From the NCBI RefSeq assembly GCF_009914755.1, contig NC_060933.1: a DNA stretch of 64,000 bases, one strand, 5' to 3'. Below the pieces are notes generated by a model. That model was not told the origin of the DNA and made no database searches. It saw only the letters and a program-made list of their open reading frames with translations. The translations under genes were made by a program, and so were the position numbers. Below are positions 15,140 to 28,812 of this stretch, piece by piece; the stretch's first letter is position 1; the number at the start of each line of letters is the position of its first letter. The DNA is from the human T2T-CHM13v2.0 reference genome, Homo sapiens.

Positions 15140-15940
15140 AAACATGGAAAGAAGAAAGCTAGAAAGACCTCTGGAGTGTTGGAACGGAATTGGAAGTATT
15201 GGTATGAACTGATGGGTTTTTAATATACATGCAGAGATACGGAAACAGTTATTTTCCATGTGTTTGTGTGTATTATGTATATGTGCACATTGATATGTAC
15301 ATTGTGTGTGTATCTATATAGAAGCAACAAACACAGTGAACAATCAGACCTTGGTTTCTAAATATTAACCTCAAGTAAAAGGAGGGAGAGCTGTTAGAGA
15401 AAAAGTTTGAGGGTTGAGGTAGAGAAATACAAGATAAGCCTGGAACATCTTGTGTCAGAAAGTCAGGAAATGCTGAATGGATAATGGACATATGTCAAAA
15501 GGACATGGGAGCCAACTGGAAGGAGCTCAAACAGGGAATAATTTGAGTATTAAAATAAATGATGATAGTAATAGGTTATAACCCACTGAACAAAACAGAT
15601 CAATGAGTACATACTGACATATATATATACATGTATAAATGGGGGAGAAGAGAAAGCTCTTTCTTATAGAATGCCAAATAATAAATGTAGAGGAAATGAT
15701 GAAACTAAGCCATCACCATTTGGCAACCATGGTGGTGACAGTGGTAGATTCAGGTGGATTCATTCAACCATGGATGGATGCTAAGGCTGATAGGCAAAGT
15801 TTTGATAACAAACAGGATATTGGTATAATATCAGAATCTCCATCATAATCAAATACAAAGGGAACATGGTGACTTTACAGTGGAGAAATCTGGCAGACTC
15901 TCAACCTTGACCATATGATCAAGGTTAGCATCATCATGAC
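15140..15940 (+). mobile_element. L1MC4-like 3' UTR fragment
   Basis: Motifs ggaaagaagaaagctagaaa, aagataagcctggaacatcttgtg, catcaccatttggcaacc, ctttacagtggagaaatctggcagac. Confidence 0.7.
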
Positions 15941-15944
15941 TGTG

Positions 15945-16260
15945 TAGGGTATGGCTAAGGGGCAAGAAGGTGGGGAGGCTTCAAAGGCGGTAATACTTGA
16001 ATCAGGTGTTGAAGGATGAGGCAGCTATGGAGAAATAAGAGGCAAGAGATTTCCAGGGGAAGTTGGGCAGATGCAAAGCCATGCTGGAGTGACAGCATGA
16101 GTGCTGGGGAAGCAAGGAGGCTGCAGGCTGGGGAAGCAGGGAGAGTGCAGGCTGGGGAAGGATAAATGGTTCTGGACAGGCAGACAGAAACCAGATCAAG
16201 AAGAGTCTTATGGACCATGCTTAGAAGTTCAGACCTTGCCCTCTTAGGGATGATGTGGCA
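15945..16260 (-). mobile_element. L2 fragment
   Basis: ggaggcttcaaagg..cttgaatcaggtgttgaaggatgag, tgcaaagccatg, ccagatcaagaagagtctt resemble L2 3' region. Confidence 0.5.
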
Positions 16261-18209
16261 CACCTGCTGCTACTACCGCTCTGCACATATGTCAGACATG
16301 TCTAATCACAGCACTTTATGCACTTCAGAGCACACACATTTCAGACAGCCCTGCCAATTGGCACCTGAAATGGAATCATTTGCCCTCCCTACTCTAGGCA
16401 ATGAGAAGGTTTAGAGGATTTTTAACAGGTGGCAGTTATGATTTGCACTTGTGTAACAAAGCTAGACCCTGATATCAGTGTCAATTGATCAAAGGATAAA
16501 CTCCAGGCATAGTGACTAGTGAGAAGGCCTCTACAGCAGTCCTATGCATTGTATAAATGAGAGCGTACAAATTCATACACTATGTAAATGAGACCATACA
16601 AAGTCAGATTTGGTTCAAACCCCATGCTTTTCTCTAGCCATTGTCAGAGCACATATTATGGTGGAGTGAGCACGTAAAACATTCTTCGACCAAGAAAACC
16701 CAAGGCCCAGCAGAAGCTGAAAGTTGTGCTGAGCGAAAAGTGAGACCCAAAAGAAAGAACTACAGCTGAAGTGGAGCAGACAGACCAGAGAGATGTAAGT
16801 TTCACTCACCCTTGAACTCCACGCAAACAGAATTACAAAGTAACTACAGCAGTACTTTAGCACCTCGGCACTACTAGACTACTTATCATTCCCTGCAATA
16901 CTTAGGTGTTCACTGAAAAATTATCATCGAAAGGTAATCAGTCACAGTGCCTATGTCTTAGGAAAAAACATGATATTCCAATATTTAAGTTAAAACACAT
17001 AGATGCACCCATGTGTGCACACATATGACATAATTAGGAAGCACTCTAAGCCAGGATATGGGCAAAAAATTATTTTCTTGGGTTTGAGGGGCAGCTGAGT
17101 ACTGAGTAGAGTAGAAAGAACTGCATGGGACTGGGGTTCATCTCTTCTCTAGGGCTGAAAAACTTGAGGGCTGAAAAAGGTTGTCTTTTCTAACATAATA
17201 ATGCTGACTCCTAACTTCCCTCTCAGAAGAAAATAGCAGAAAGATCAGGGAGAGAGCTCTTGCTACAAGCACAAACAAATCAGGCTAAATCCTTCTGCGT
17301 GTGGGTCTGTGAGGGTAGCAGCTCATGTTGTGGCCAGAAACTTGGTAATATGATTGAGAAAACTAAAAACACATTTTAAGTGAAGTCCTGGGGTGCACAC
17401 AGCATTCTGCTTTAAGATGCTGACTGTTTTTGAAATAAAACTTTAAAACATGCCATAAAAAGCAACTATTCCTCTGGGGAAAGAGTGGCCTAAAGTGTCT
17501 TTGATTGTAACTATGGGAAAGACTTTCATCCGCACTCTTTACGAGGTTAATTGTAACTCTCCCCCAAGCTCAGGGACGCTTTCCTGAGTCTTGTGGTTGT
17601 AATCTTACACGTTGCGTGATAAACTTTCATTTTCCAACGAGGACATTCCAAAATGTTAAAAGTCATGGCTCCAAAAACAGTCAAATGAGTGAAAGCTGAT
17701 AAGAAACTGGTTTAGCTAGTGCATACATGCACACGTGTGCACACAGCCTGCCGTCCTCCAGCTACACCAAGTGAAAGTCCTCAAGTTTCATCAGGAACGA
17801 CCCCACAAAACCACAAACCAAAACAAATGTGAAGCACTTAGCACAATGCCTGGCTCACGGCTGTTATCATCATCATCTTATCCTTTTTCTTCATTATTGC
17901 TAATGGATTATAGCTCAGTATTTAGCTGTCACTGAAAGAGATTTATTCCATCCAATGAGGTCATCTTCGTGGACTATATAACCACTGAAACATCCCTATG
18001 GAATCCCGCTGTGGTTGCCTACTCTTATAAACTGGCATGAGACAGTTATAATAAATTTGTTGCCTGTAACAGAAACTCCCACCATGCTGTTTTTCACAAT
18101 TCTTTTACATACAAAACCTCAACTGAAAACTGTGGTTCATAGTTTCTTCTCAGATGCCAATAGGAATTAATCTGCCATACTTCAGTGTCTCCCTTATAGC
18201 AGGCTCACT

Positions 18210-18475
18210 AGTAATAATTTTATTACCATGTGTAGATCATTTACCACATGCTGGGCATACTGCTAATAGCTTTTGTGCTTATTAACTTATTTCATCTTCA
18301 TTACAACCTCATCAGATGCTGCCGCTATTATTCTCATCTACATAGGAGGTGTCTAAGGCTTACAGAGGTTAAATCATCCAAGATCTTTCGTTCGGTGAGA
18401 TATATAGCTGATAAGGGGTGGAATACAAATTTAAACTAAGTGTTTCTGAATCTAAAGTTCATGTTTGTTTTCCAC
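18210..18475 (-). mobile_element. MIR
   Basis: catgctgggcatactgctaa..ttcatcttcattacaac..tattattctcat..aggcttacagaggttaa core; similar MIR fragments near 10690, 13380, 19540, 22550, 30830, 32920, 34660, 51740. Confidence 0.6.
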
Positions 18476-18604
18476 TAGATTGTAATTACTAAATAAATGA
18501 TTCTTAACTTGGGTTCCTTGAACTTCAGGGGACCCATGAGCCACTTGGAATTGTATGAAAATGGCATGTGTATATACACATTTTCCTCAAAGAAAGTTCA
18601 CAAC

Positions 18605-18900
18605 TGCCAGGCGTGGTGGCTCACGGCTGTAAATCCCAGCACTTTGAGAGGCCAAGGCAGTGGATCACTTGAAGTTGGGAGCTCCACACCACTCTGGGCA
18701 ACATGGCAAAACCCCGTCTCTACCAAAAAATACAAAAATTTACTTGGCATGATGGAGCGTGCCTGTAATGCCAGCTACTCGGGAGGGCTGAGGTGGGAGA
18801 ATCACTTGAACCCGGGAGGCGGAGGTTGCAGTGGGCCTAGATCATGCCACTGCACTTCAGCCTGGGTAAGAGAATGAGACCCTGCCAAAAAAAAAAAAAA
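18605..18900 (+). mobile_element. Alu (Jb/Sz-like)
   Basis: Full dimer and A-tail; TSD aaagt(t/c)ca(c/a)aac at 18593-18604 and 18901-18912. Confidence 0.92.
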
Positions 18901-20575
18901 AAAGTCCAAAACGATTGTTCCAGAGTCGGGTGGAACTAGATCTTATCATTAAATTCTGTGTCACCATTCCCCTCATTGCCCCTAGCACTCAAAAGCAGTG
19001 CCTGGTCATGGTATGTACTCAACTACCAGCTCTCCAATTGACCAAATTCTCTTCTCAGGTCCTTTCTTGGATCCACCCCCAACCCCACAATGGAAATGCA
19101 ATGAGAGTGATGAATTTTTTTCAAGGCCGCATTTTGAAGCCATGCATGTGTGAGAGCTCCTAGCACGCTTCCCAAAGCTCAACCTTTCACAGCCACTCAC
19201 ATTGTGAAACAGCAAACAGGACCCTGTCCTGCCTTCTCACCCCAGAAAACCAAACATCTGTTTGTTCTGGCCTGAAGAGCTCACCTGCTGGGGAGGAGAT
19301 GCCCAGCTTGGAATAGCACAGCACATCTGGCCCTTCCTGCCTGAGCTCAAACTCCATTTTCAGGGTCAGCTGTCAAGTAATCTTCTGCTTTATAAACAAT
19401 CTCACATTTTAATAAGAGCCATTGTGCAAGGTGAGCTTTTGAAATAAAGTTGGTTTTCAGTCTGCAGCTGCACTCGCAGATGCCCCACTTTCTAACTGAA
19501 CCCTGCATAATGGCTGTGAAAATAATTGCCCGTTATTGCATTTTTGGCATGCCCACTGTGCACCAGGCACTGTTCTAGATGCATACATCCATCATCCCCA
19601 ATTTGCAAAATAACTTAGGAAGATATTATCAACAGTTTGCAGATGGAGAACCTGAGTCCTGTCAGAGAAGCTAAATAATTTGCCCAAGAGCCAAGATCCA
19701 ACCCCATGTTGAGCAGACACCAAAACCGTATCAATCCCCAACTCTTCATGGGCTCCCACTTTCTCATGGACCTGAAGTTACTCTCTTTTCAAAGAAAGTT
19801 TACTCCAGTTGAAAAATAAGAAAGACTCCAAGGCCTCAGCATCTTTGCAGCTGCAAAGGAATATTTCACAAGCCTCTACTAAAATGGGATAGCATCAAAT
19901 TTTTGCTTTTACTCTTCACAAATAAAGGTAAAGAAACTTAGATTATATATGTTGAATCTATTCTAGTACCTCATTGAAAGCCATGTTTGAATGTCTACTA
20001 TTCAATTATACACAGCAACTATAGGTCCAAAGCACTAGGCTAGACAATATGAAAAAACCCAAGATTGAGATAGACTTGCAGCCTCCCCTCACAAATAGAT
20101 TTCCCAATTAACTGAGCAGATTATTATATAAATTGTTGAATATACTACTAAAACAAGAGGAAGAATTCCATAGCATGCTAAATGGACCTGAGAAGAAGGA
20201 AATAAAGACATACTTGTTTTCATGTGAGGGTAGAAAAATGTGTAATAAACTCAGCCTTTGTGAGGAAATTTCACCAGAGCTGAGAATGGGTCAGATTTTA
20301 CACCTCAGTCATGACTGGACAGTGGTGAATGGGGGTATCTGTGCAAAGAGAAGGATTTGAGCAAAGGCTCAGGGAGAAGGCAGGGGGCACGTGGTGGGAC
20401 AGTCCAGAGCCTTTGGCCTGGGGATATGCATGAGGCTGAAAGTCACACCAGGAAGGGCTGACTCAGCTGTTGACTTCAGACTCTGGATTGGGAGTGATCT
20501 CATCAGCTCTATTTTCCAAGGAGATTATTCCAGCAAGAGTGTATGGGCTGAGAGGATAACAGCCTAGAATTGGAG

Positions 20576-20733
20576 GCAGCATAGTGGCCCACGCCTATAA
20601 TCCCATCTACTAGGGAGACAGAGGCAGGAGGATCACTTGAGCCTAGATGTTTAAGGCTGCAGTGAGCTATGATTGTACCACTGCACTACAGACTGGGCAA
20701 AAGAGAAAGACCTCATTTTTCTTTTTTTAAAAA
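20576..20733 (+). mobile_element. FRAM-like free right Alu monomer
   Basis: Single right-arm monomer flanked by TSD ag(c/t)ctagaa(t/g)tggag at 20561-20575 and 20735-20749. Confidence 0.75.
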
Positions 20734-21407
20734 GAGTCTAGAAGTGGAGAAACCAATGGCAGTTGTCTGGCTATGAGATGATGAAGACCTACACTAAAGT
20801 GTGAAAAAGAGAAAATAAAGAGTTAAGAGACATTTCACCGGGACTTAGTGACAGACTGTACTGGGCAAGTGAAAGGAAGGGAAACAGAGCCTGGTGGTAT
20901 AACTTTCTGAAACGGGGTGTTTAGAAAAGGGAGTCTACTTGAGAAAGGAAAGGACTTCAGATTTTTGAACATGCTGGACTTGCTCAAGTGTTTATTCTTC
21001 ATGATTAACAAATTAGAATAATTAAAAAGCTTAATTTAGGCAGAGGCCTGAAAACTGGGTTATTCTAGAGTCATTTTCATGCTGTGAGACTGCTGAGCTC
21101 ATTCATAAAGCTCTGTTTCTGGCACCTTTTGACAAACTCCCAGACTCCACAGTAGGAGTTTAGGCACTGCTTGGGAGTGTGTGTTTAAGCATACAAATCA
21201 GAAGTATAGTGGGAGGTGGTATATGGCTGTGGTAGGTCATATTTGGAATCTGTAGTTTGAAAGGAAGCTTCAGGAGATGAAGAAGTTGAGTTTTAGCAGC
21301 TCATTAATCCTCCAGACTCACCAAAACTGGCATGTGACTTCCTTCCTAAGGAAGGCCTTGCCAAAAGGAGAATGTTTTGTCCCAGATCTGAGCAGCAAGG
21401 TAGTGGC

Positions 21408-21470
21408 GGGGGGAGGGAGGGAGGGAGGGAGGGAAGAGGAGGAAGAAGAGGAGGAGGAGGAGGAGGAGGG
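21408..21470 (+). repeat. Polypurine (GGGA)6 plus (GAG/GAA)n tract
   Basis: Read directly from the sequence. Confidence 0.95.
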
Positions 21471-24000
21471 TGTGCACCAGGCTGGGGCTAAAGAAATGTT
21501 TCAGACTGGCTGGGCCCTGCCTGCCTTCTGGGATTTTCCAGATATACTAGCCCTCTTTAGTTTCCTGGCAAGTCACAAAATTTTTAAATCCTATATGTCT
21601 TATAATATTAAATAATAGCACCACATTTGCTTTGTGGGAGGAGGAACATATTTTTAAAAAACTGAAAAAAAAAAAAAAAAAAAAAGCCTGGAAAGCACAG
21701 AAGGGTATAAGGAAAATAAAAACTCATCGAGAACCCTTACAGCTCATCCATCAGTTAACATCTTGGTATGTTACCTTCCATTCTTTCCCACCTCCATTTT
21801 TTACATTGTCGGGAGATTTTCACCTTTAAAATGTGCTTATCCTGGTAGAGCGTTACCTAAGTGCTAAGGAATAAATTGACGCACGGATTTGTGAAATTCA
21901 AATCTGACCAGCCACTAGCCCAATCAATACCTGACAGCAAAGCAGGTGTAAAGTGTTAAACCAACTTCAAAGTCTTTCCAAGGAAACTCTGGAAATAAAC
22001 CTGAAGACCTCTGCAAGAAATCACTTTAACAGTAGTGCTTCTCCACAGTGCTTCTAGGTTATTTCTTTGTGATTGCGATAATTAAATACCTTGTTAATGG
22101 AAAGAAGGGAAAGAAAGGAAGAGAAAGCCCCTACCCACCCCCACTCTTAGTTATAAAATACTTTCTAATAGTCTCATAACAATACTTTCATGTCTATTAA
22201 ATTTCAGAACTGGTCCACACCAATTTCCAAACAAGTCTGGAAACTGAGGCAAGTGATTTATCTAAGGTCATACGTGTGGTTGGTGGCAAAGCAAACACTA
22301 GAACTCAGGCTTCCTCCTGACCCTTACCCCCTTTTCCAGAGGGGCTCCCTGAGCAGATCCTCTGGGTAAGAGGCCAGGCTAAAGCCCCTCACACAGAGCC
22401 CAGAGCCCTCACAGCATCAATGTCATACTAGTGATTCTGGCCACTTCACTAAGCCAGCATGCAAAAACAAAAATCCACTCTCCTTTTCTGTGCCTCTGTG
22501 TTTTTCTAATATATCTTTAGAACAGGCATTCACAAATGGGGGTGATAACTCCTGAGGGCCTGGAATGTGCCAGGAGCTCTGCCAAAATGCTCTCACTTTG
22601 CATCCTCACAGCAGGCTCACAGGGATTGGGGCCCCACCTCACAAGTGAATAAAAAATAAAAAACAAAACAAAAGAAAAACTAAACAGAGGGGCTCAGCAA
22701 CTTGCCCAAGGGCCCACCGTAAGTGCCAGAACCAAGATTTCAATTCAGCTCTCCCCAACTCCAAAACTCTTTTCCTCTACATCTTGCCACACTCAAGTTT
22801 AAAGGCATTTGGCTTTGCAGCCTGGATGAGCCGGACCCTGACACAAGAGAATGAAGAAAACACCATCCCAGCACAGGCTCCTTGCTCTCTAGGCCTCCCA
22901 GACCACGCCAGAGCGACCAGTACCCTTGACAGCCCCTCACATGCTTCACTCTGTGTTCTCCCTCCATTCTGAGAACCTTAGATCTTCATTCACCAGGGTG
23001 ACCTGCAGGATAGGAACTCAGAGCCCCTCCACCCAGCTCAGCCAAAACCTGCCACAATCCTCAATACTAAGATGTCCAACCAATGAAGATACAGTTGCCC
23101 CCAAATCTAGAGATAATGCAAACCCATTGGCCATTAGTCCCAGGCACCAAGACAAGAAAACATCTCACTATAAAACAGCCTGATGAATTTCAATGTCACA
23201 TTTCTTGGAATTCCGAGGCAATTTTTATTGGGTAATAAAATTCCCTCCCCAGGGAAGGTATCCGAGGGAGACCAAATCTGGGGCCCTGCCAGGAGCTCTG
23301 ACACGTCAGGGCAGGCAACCAGTCTCCTAGGAAAAGCTCTGCAAAGTACCATGAAACACACAAAACGAAAGGACCCGGGACAAGAGCTGCTGCCTCCAGG
23401 GTCTTGTGTCACTGGATGACTTCCAACAGAGTCACCATGGCAGAAGGGGTTACTCTGAGCAAACCTTTCCTTCTGGTGACTTTATATATAACGTCAGTTG
23501 GGAGGGAGAGCAATAAGCTGAGGCTGACCAAACAATTCAATTAGTTTTTCACTCAGATAACTTTTTTACCAAAGCATTACATTCACCTACATTAATTCAC
23601 TGGATGTAGAGATGTCTGCTTTTGAACATAACTGCTTTTGAAGACTTGCTGAGTAACATATCTTGGAAATCTTACCTTAATTCATTCACTGAATTTCTAT
23701 ATACCAAGCCTGTGATCATTTATGGAGATACAAACTAAAAGCTACAGTCTTAGACTTCAGAGTCCAATCAGGAGAAACAAGTATTTATGCTACAAGGTAA
23801 TTGTTTTGATAGATGTATTTCATAAAGCTTAGTGTGAACACTAAGGATGCTGGGCACCTAAATCAGCAGAGGAAATCAGGAAGGGCTTCAAACATGAGGT
23901 GACGCTTGGGCTAAGTAGAGTTAGCCAGACGGACCATTAACAGAGAGGTTATTCAAGGAAGAAAAAAGGAAAGGAAAAAAAAAGGAGCAAAAATACAAAG

Positions 24001-24360
24001 TGTATTAGTCCATTTTCATACCACTATAAAGAACTACCTGAGACTGAGTAATTTATAAACTAGAGAGGTTTAATTGACACACAGTTCTGCAATGGCTGGG
24101 GAGGCCTCAGGAAACTTAAAATCATGGCAGAAGGTGAAGGGGAAGCAAGGCATGTCTTACATGGCAGCAGGAGACAGAGCGAGGGGGTAACTGCCAAACA
24201 CTTTTAAAGCATCAGATCTTGTGAGAAGTCACTACCATGAGAACAGCATGGGGGAAACCACCCCATGATCCAATTACCTCCTGCCAGATCCCTCCCTCAA
24301 CATGTAGGCATTATAATTCAAGATGAGATTTAGGTGGGGACACAGAGCCAAACCATACCA
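24001..24360 (-). mobile_element. MaLR solo LTR (THE1D-like)
   Basis: tgtattagtccattttca...ggggacacagagccaaaccatacca; aaag on both flanks. Confidence 0.9.
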
Positions 24361-26352
24361 AAAGTTTTTATAATATTCTAAATCCTTTGCTATTATTTCA
24401 ACAATGTTCACTGCATTTTCACCAGAAGTAGATTCCATCTCAAGAAACCACTCTTTGCTCATCCATAAGAAGTAACTCCTCATGCATTTAAGTTTTATCA
24501 TGAGAGTGCAGTAATTTATGTCTTCAGGGTCCACTTCTAATTCTAGTTCTCTTGCTATCACCAGCACAACTGCAGTGACTTCCTCTACTGAGGTCTCAAA
24601 GCCCTCAAAGTCATCCAAAAGGGTTGAAATCAACTGCTTCCAAACTCCTGTTAATGTTGATATTTTCACCCCACTCCCACGAATCACTAACTTTCTTAAT
24701 GGCGTCTAGAATGATGAATCCTTTCCAGAAGGCCAATACCAGTCAATGCCTGGCTTCCAATCTTCAAAGGACATGCTGACTCTTGTTAGGAGTTAACCAC
24801 ATTCTATGGCAGCTACAGTTTTACAAAATATATTTCTTAAAAATAAGACTTGAAAATTGAAATTACTTTTTGACCCAGGGCTGAAGAATGGATGCTATGT
24901 TAGCAGGGATAGACAATATTCATCTCCTTATACATCTCCATCAGAGCTCTTGGGTGACTAAGTGTATTGTCAATGAACAGTAATATTTTAAAGTTATCTT
25001 TTTTCTGAGCAGTAGGTCTCAATAGAAGGCTTAAAATCTTCAGAAAACCATGTTGTAAAAAGATGTGCCATCATCCAGGCTTTACTGTTCCATTTATAGG
25101 GCATAGGCAGAGTAGATTTTGCATACTTCTTAAGGGTCCTAGGATTTTCAGAATGGTAAATGGGCATCCGCTTCAACATCAAGTCACCAGCTACATTCGC
25201 CCCTAACAAGAGTGTCAGCCTGTCTGAAACTTTGAAGCCAGGCATTGACTTTTCCTCTCCAGCTATAAAAGTCCTAGATGGCATCTTCTTCCAATAGATA
25301 ACTGTTTCATCTGCACTGAAAATTTGTTGTGTTTAAAATAGCTGCCTTCACCAGTGATCTTAGCTAGATTTTCCGGATAACTTGCTGTAGCTTCTACATC
25401 AGCACTTCCTGCTTCAACTTGCACTTTTATGTTGTAAAGAAGGCTTCTTTCCTTAAACCTTGTGAACCAACTTCTGCTAGCCTCAAATATTTCCTCTGCA
25501 GCTTCCTCACCTCTTTCAGCCTTCACAGAACTGAAAAGAGTTAGGGCCTTGCTCTGGGTGTTAGGCTTTGGCTTAAGGGAATGTTGTGGCTGCTAAAACT
25601 TTCTCCATATCACTAAAACTTTCCCCATATCAGCAATAAGGCTATTTGCTTTCTCATCATTCATGCGTTCACTGGAGTAGCACTTTGAATTTCTTTCAAG
25701 AACTTTTCCTTTGCATTCACAGCTTGGCTGTTTGGCATAAGAGGCCTAGCTTTCAGCCTGTCTTGCCTTTCAATATGCCCTTAACTAAGCTTAATTGTTT
25801 TGAGCTGTTGATTTAAAGTGATAGAGGTGCGACTCTTCCTTTCACATAAGCACTTAGAAACCACTAAGTGCTTTAATTGCCCTAATTTCAATTATTTGTA
25901 CTAATTTCAAATATTTGCCCTATTTTCAGATATTTTCAAATATTTGCCCTAATTTCAAATATTTGCCCTATTTCAATACTGTGTCTCAATGAATAGGGAG
26001 GCCCAAAGAGAAGGAGAGAGATGCGAGAATGGCCGATTGGTGGAGTAGTCAGAACACACACATATTTATCAGTTGTTTGCTGTCTTATACGGGCGTGGCT
26101 CATGGCACCCTAAAAGAATTTAAATAGTAACATCAAAGGTTAATCACAGATCGCCATAACAGACATAATAATTAAAAAGCTTGAAATAGTGTGAGAATTA
26201 GCAATATGTGACAGAGACATGAAGTGAGCGCATGGTATTGGAAAAACAGCAGACAGAATTCTTCAACACAGGGTTATCACAAACCTACATTAAAAAAACA
26301 CACTATCTGCAAAGTGCGATAAAGCAAAGCACAGTAGAACAAGGTATGCCTA
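24361..26352 (-). mobile_element. Tigger1 DNA transposon, 3' end missing, decayed transposase
   Basis: ORFs 24994-25284 ([28 protein letters not shown]) and 25263-25526 match the Tigger1 transposase; terminus aaagcaaagcacagtagaacaaggtatgccta at about 26352. Confidence 0.93.
25879..25977. repeat. ~19-bp minisatellite (ccctaatttcaaatatttg) x ~5 within Tigger1
   Basis: Read directly from the sequence. Confidence 0.85.
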
Positions 26353-27613
26353 TGCACACAGTGTAGCAATCAGAGCTGGCTAGGTTGTACATAGAGGTAA
26401 AATTCATTTTTTTGTTGGCTTTTTCTAAACAGAGCAGCAATTGACTGGAGTTACAGGGCTCCTCGAGTGTACTCTCCTGGCAAAGCTGCCCAAGGATGGG
26501 CAGAGACCCAGCACCTCACGATGGAGCCCAAGGGCCTCTGCAAGGAAAGGAGGTGAGAGCACGCAGAGCCACCACTCCGACTCCCCTGCCCTTTCTGTTC
26601 CGGCAGCTGCATTCCAAAGGCTAATGAGAACAAGGTGCAACATGGTTTAACAATTTTGATACATTCCTTAGCAAAACATAATTTCTTTAAAAACACATAG
26701 ACTGCATTACAGTGACTCCATCAGGCAAGACACATGTCAGGGAAAAAGCATGAGAAAATTTGGCAGGTATGTCTAACGTGTCAATAAATTAAACAAAGTT
26801 TATTTTCACAAAACCAAATGGTCAGACTTGCTCATGGTTTCCTACCAAGAAGTAAGAATTACTCCCTAGAGACAGTAATCAAAGCACAATTAGACCAGGC
26901 CTGGAATTTTTTTAAATATACTATCCTTTCTTCACACATGATTGCACTTTCATTCTTAGCAGAGATCCTTAACTCAAAGAAATACTAATGGGCTTTTCTA
27001 GCTTTGGGTCCTTCTGTGATAATATGCAATCATAACACAGATTTTAAAAAAAGCAATTCATTTACAGCTACTACTACATATCCTTCACAATGTATCCATT
27101 CATTTATTCATTTAACAAATAATGGCATGGCCTGTTGGGTTGGTCTTTTTCATACACAGACAAACAGAAAATCTTTTTTCCTAATAATGTCAAAATGTTT
27201 TAGCCCCTGGGCAGGAATTTATCACCCTTAGAATATTCCATTGAGGTCCTATTTGAGTAAAAGTTTTTTTAGTAAAATCAAACTATTTTAACAGGATAAC
27301 TGTATTTTCAAAATGTAGTAAATGGTCAAAGAACAGAGAGACCAATCGAGGAAGGTAAACACAATTTTAAAACAAACCAGATTTAAGATGAATGATAGTA
27401 TTTGCCACAGCAAATAAAATGGGAATTTGACCTTATGAAAAGAAGTGACATTTTTCCTGTAGCATAACAGAACTCAAGGAGTCTTCTCCAAAGGAGAAAA
27501 AAAAAGGGGGGGCGGTTCCTCATCATCGTGTCTACAAAGACTGAAAGAAAAGTTTACCTGAAAATATCTACAAAATTCCAGAAAGATTCAATAGTAGGAA
27601 GCAAGGGTGCAAA

Positions 27614-27860
27614 GACTGTCACATACAGTTGTGCAGGTTGCATACTGCACAAGAGTGACACATCTAAGAGGGCACTGTTCACTTCAAAGACATTGTTAGG
27701 TTGTATATTCATTTTGACAATGTTTTGGGGACAACAGCAAAGGGCATTGTTTTAATAAAATCAGCATGACAATTTTCTGACAAATGGAAGTAAAATGTAT
27801 TGAGGAAGGGGTGCCCGTTTCTAATTTGCATAAAGACTTCATGTGGGCTAGCTGTGTCCC
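27614..27860. mobile_element. MER91-like hAT non-autonomous element
   Basis: gttgtgcaggttgcatactgcacaag and ggggtgcccgtttctaatttgcataaag..tgggctagc ends. Confidence 0.6.
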
Positions 27861-28501
27861 AGATAAAGAAATGATGGTTAATAGATACAACACAATTCAG
27901 ATGATTCCTTGGAACAAATTGCTGCATTGAATCAACTTTTCAACCCAATGCTTTGCACACAAGCACTCCATGAATGTTTATTAAATAAACAAAAAAACAG
28001 CAAAGTGATTGTCAGGCACAGTCCTCTCAGGTGATTAACAAGGATGTTACTGGAGACAGTGTCATGATTTCATTGCTATAGAAGCCAATTATCTCAGCAC
28101 AGAGAAGAACTGGGAAACTTCAGATCTCACCCCTTCACCCAGGGAGAGCCGCATGTTTTCTCTCCCTCTTCCTCATACTCCAAGAACAAACTCCAAGATG
28201 ACAGAACTGCAGGATGGCAACAGCCCTGATCACTTAGCCATGGCACAAAGGGAGCCTTCGATTTTTCATGATTAAGAAATCTTCATTATAACTGAGATTT
28301 CAGAGTTTATTTGTGACTGCAGCACAGACTAGTATTACTTAACTAATATGCTAAGGCAAGGAAATATGATCCAGCTTTTCCTTTCGATGTGATTTCCTCA
28401 GGTAGTCCACCCGCTCAGCCTCCTGTGACCTCCTGTATTCAGTAATGTTATGAGGGCAAGGGTGTGGGTAAGCAAGAGCAAAAACTCGATTCTCTTCCTT
28501 G

Positions 28502-28812
28502 GGCCTGGTATGGTAGCCCATGCCTGTAATCCCAGCACTCTGGGAGGCTGATGCAGGAGGATTGCTTAAGCTCAGGAGCTCAAGGCCAGCCTGGGCAACA
28601 GAGGGAGACCTCATCTCTACAAAAAAAAATAATTAGCTAGGTGTGGTGGCACATGCCTGTAGTCCCAGCTACTTGGAAGGCTGAGGTGAAAGGATTGCTT
28701 GGGCCTAGGAGGTTAAGGCTGCAGTGAGCAGAGATGGCACCACCCCACTATAACCTGGGCAACAGAGTGAGACCCTGTCTCAAAAAAAAAAAAAAGAAAA
28801 AAAGAAAAAAGA
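28502..28812 (+). mobile_element. AluJ (Jo/Jr-like)
   Basis: ggattgcttaagctcaggag..gagacctcatctctac; A-tail; degenerate TSD ending ctcttcct. Confidence 0.92.

Noticed and set aside
21277-21615. Poly-glutamate ORF
   Set aside because: Produced by the GAG/GAA simple repeat; no supporting gene structure
24274-25526. Domesticated TIGD-like transposase gene
   Set aside because: Reading frame is broken into short pieces and the element is truncated and rearranged
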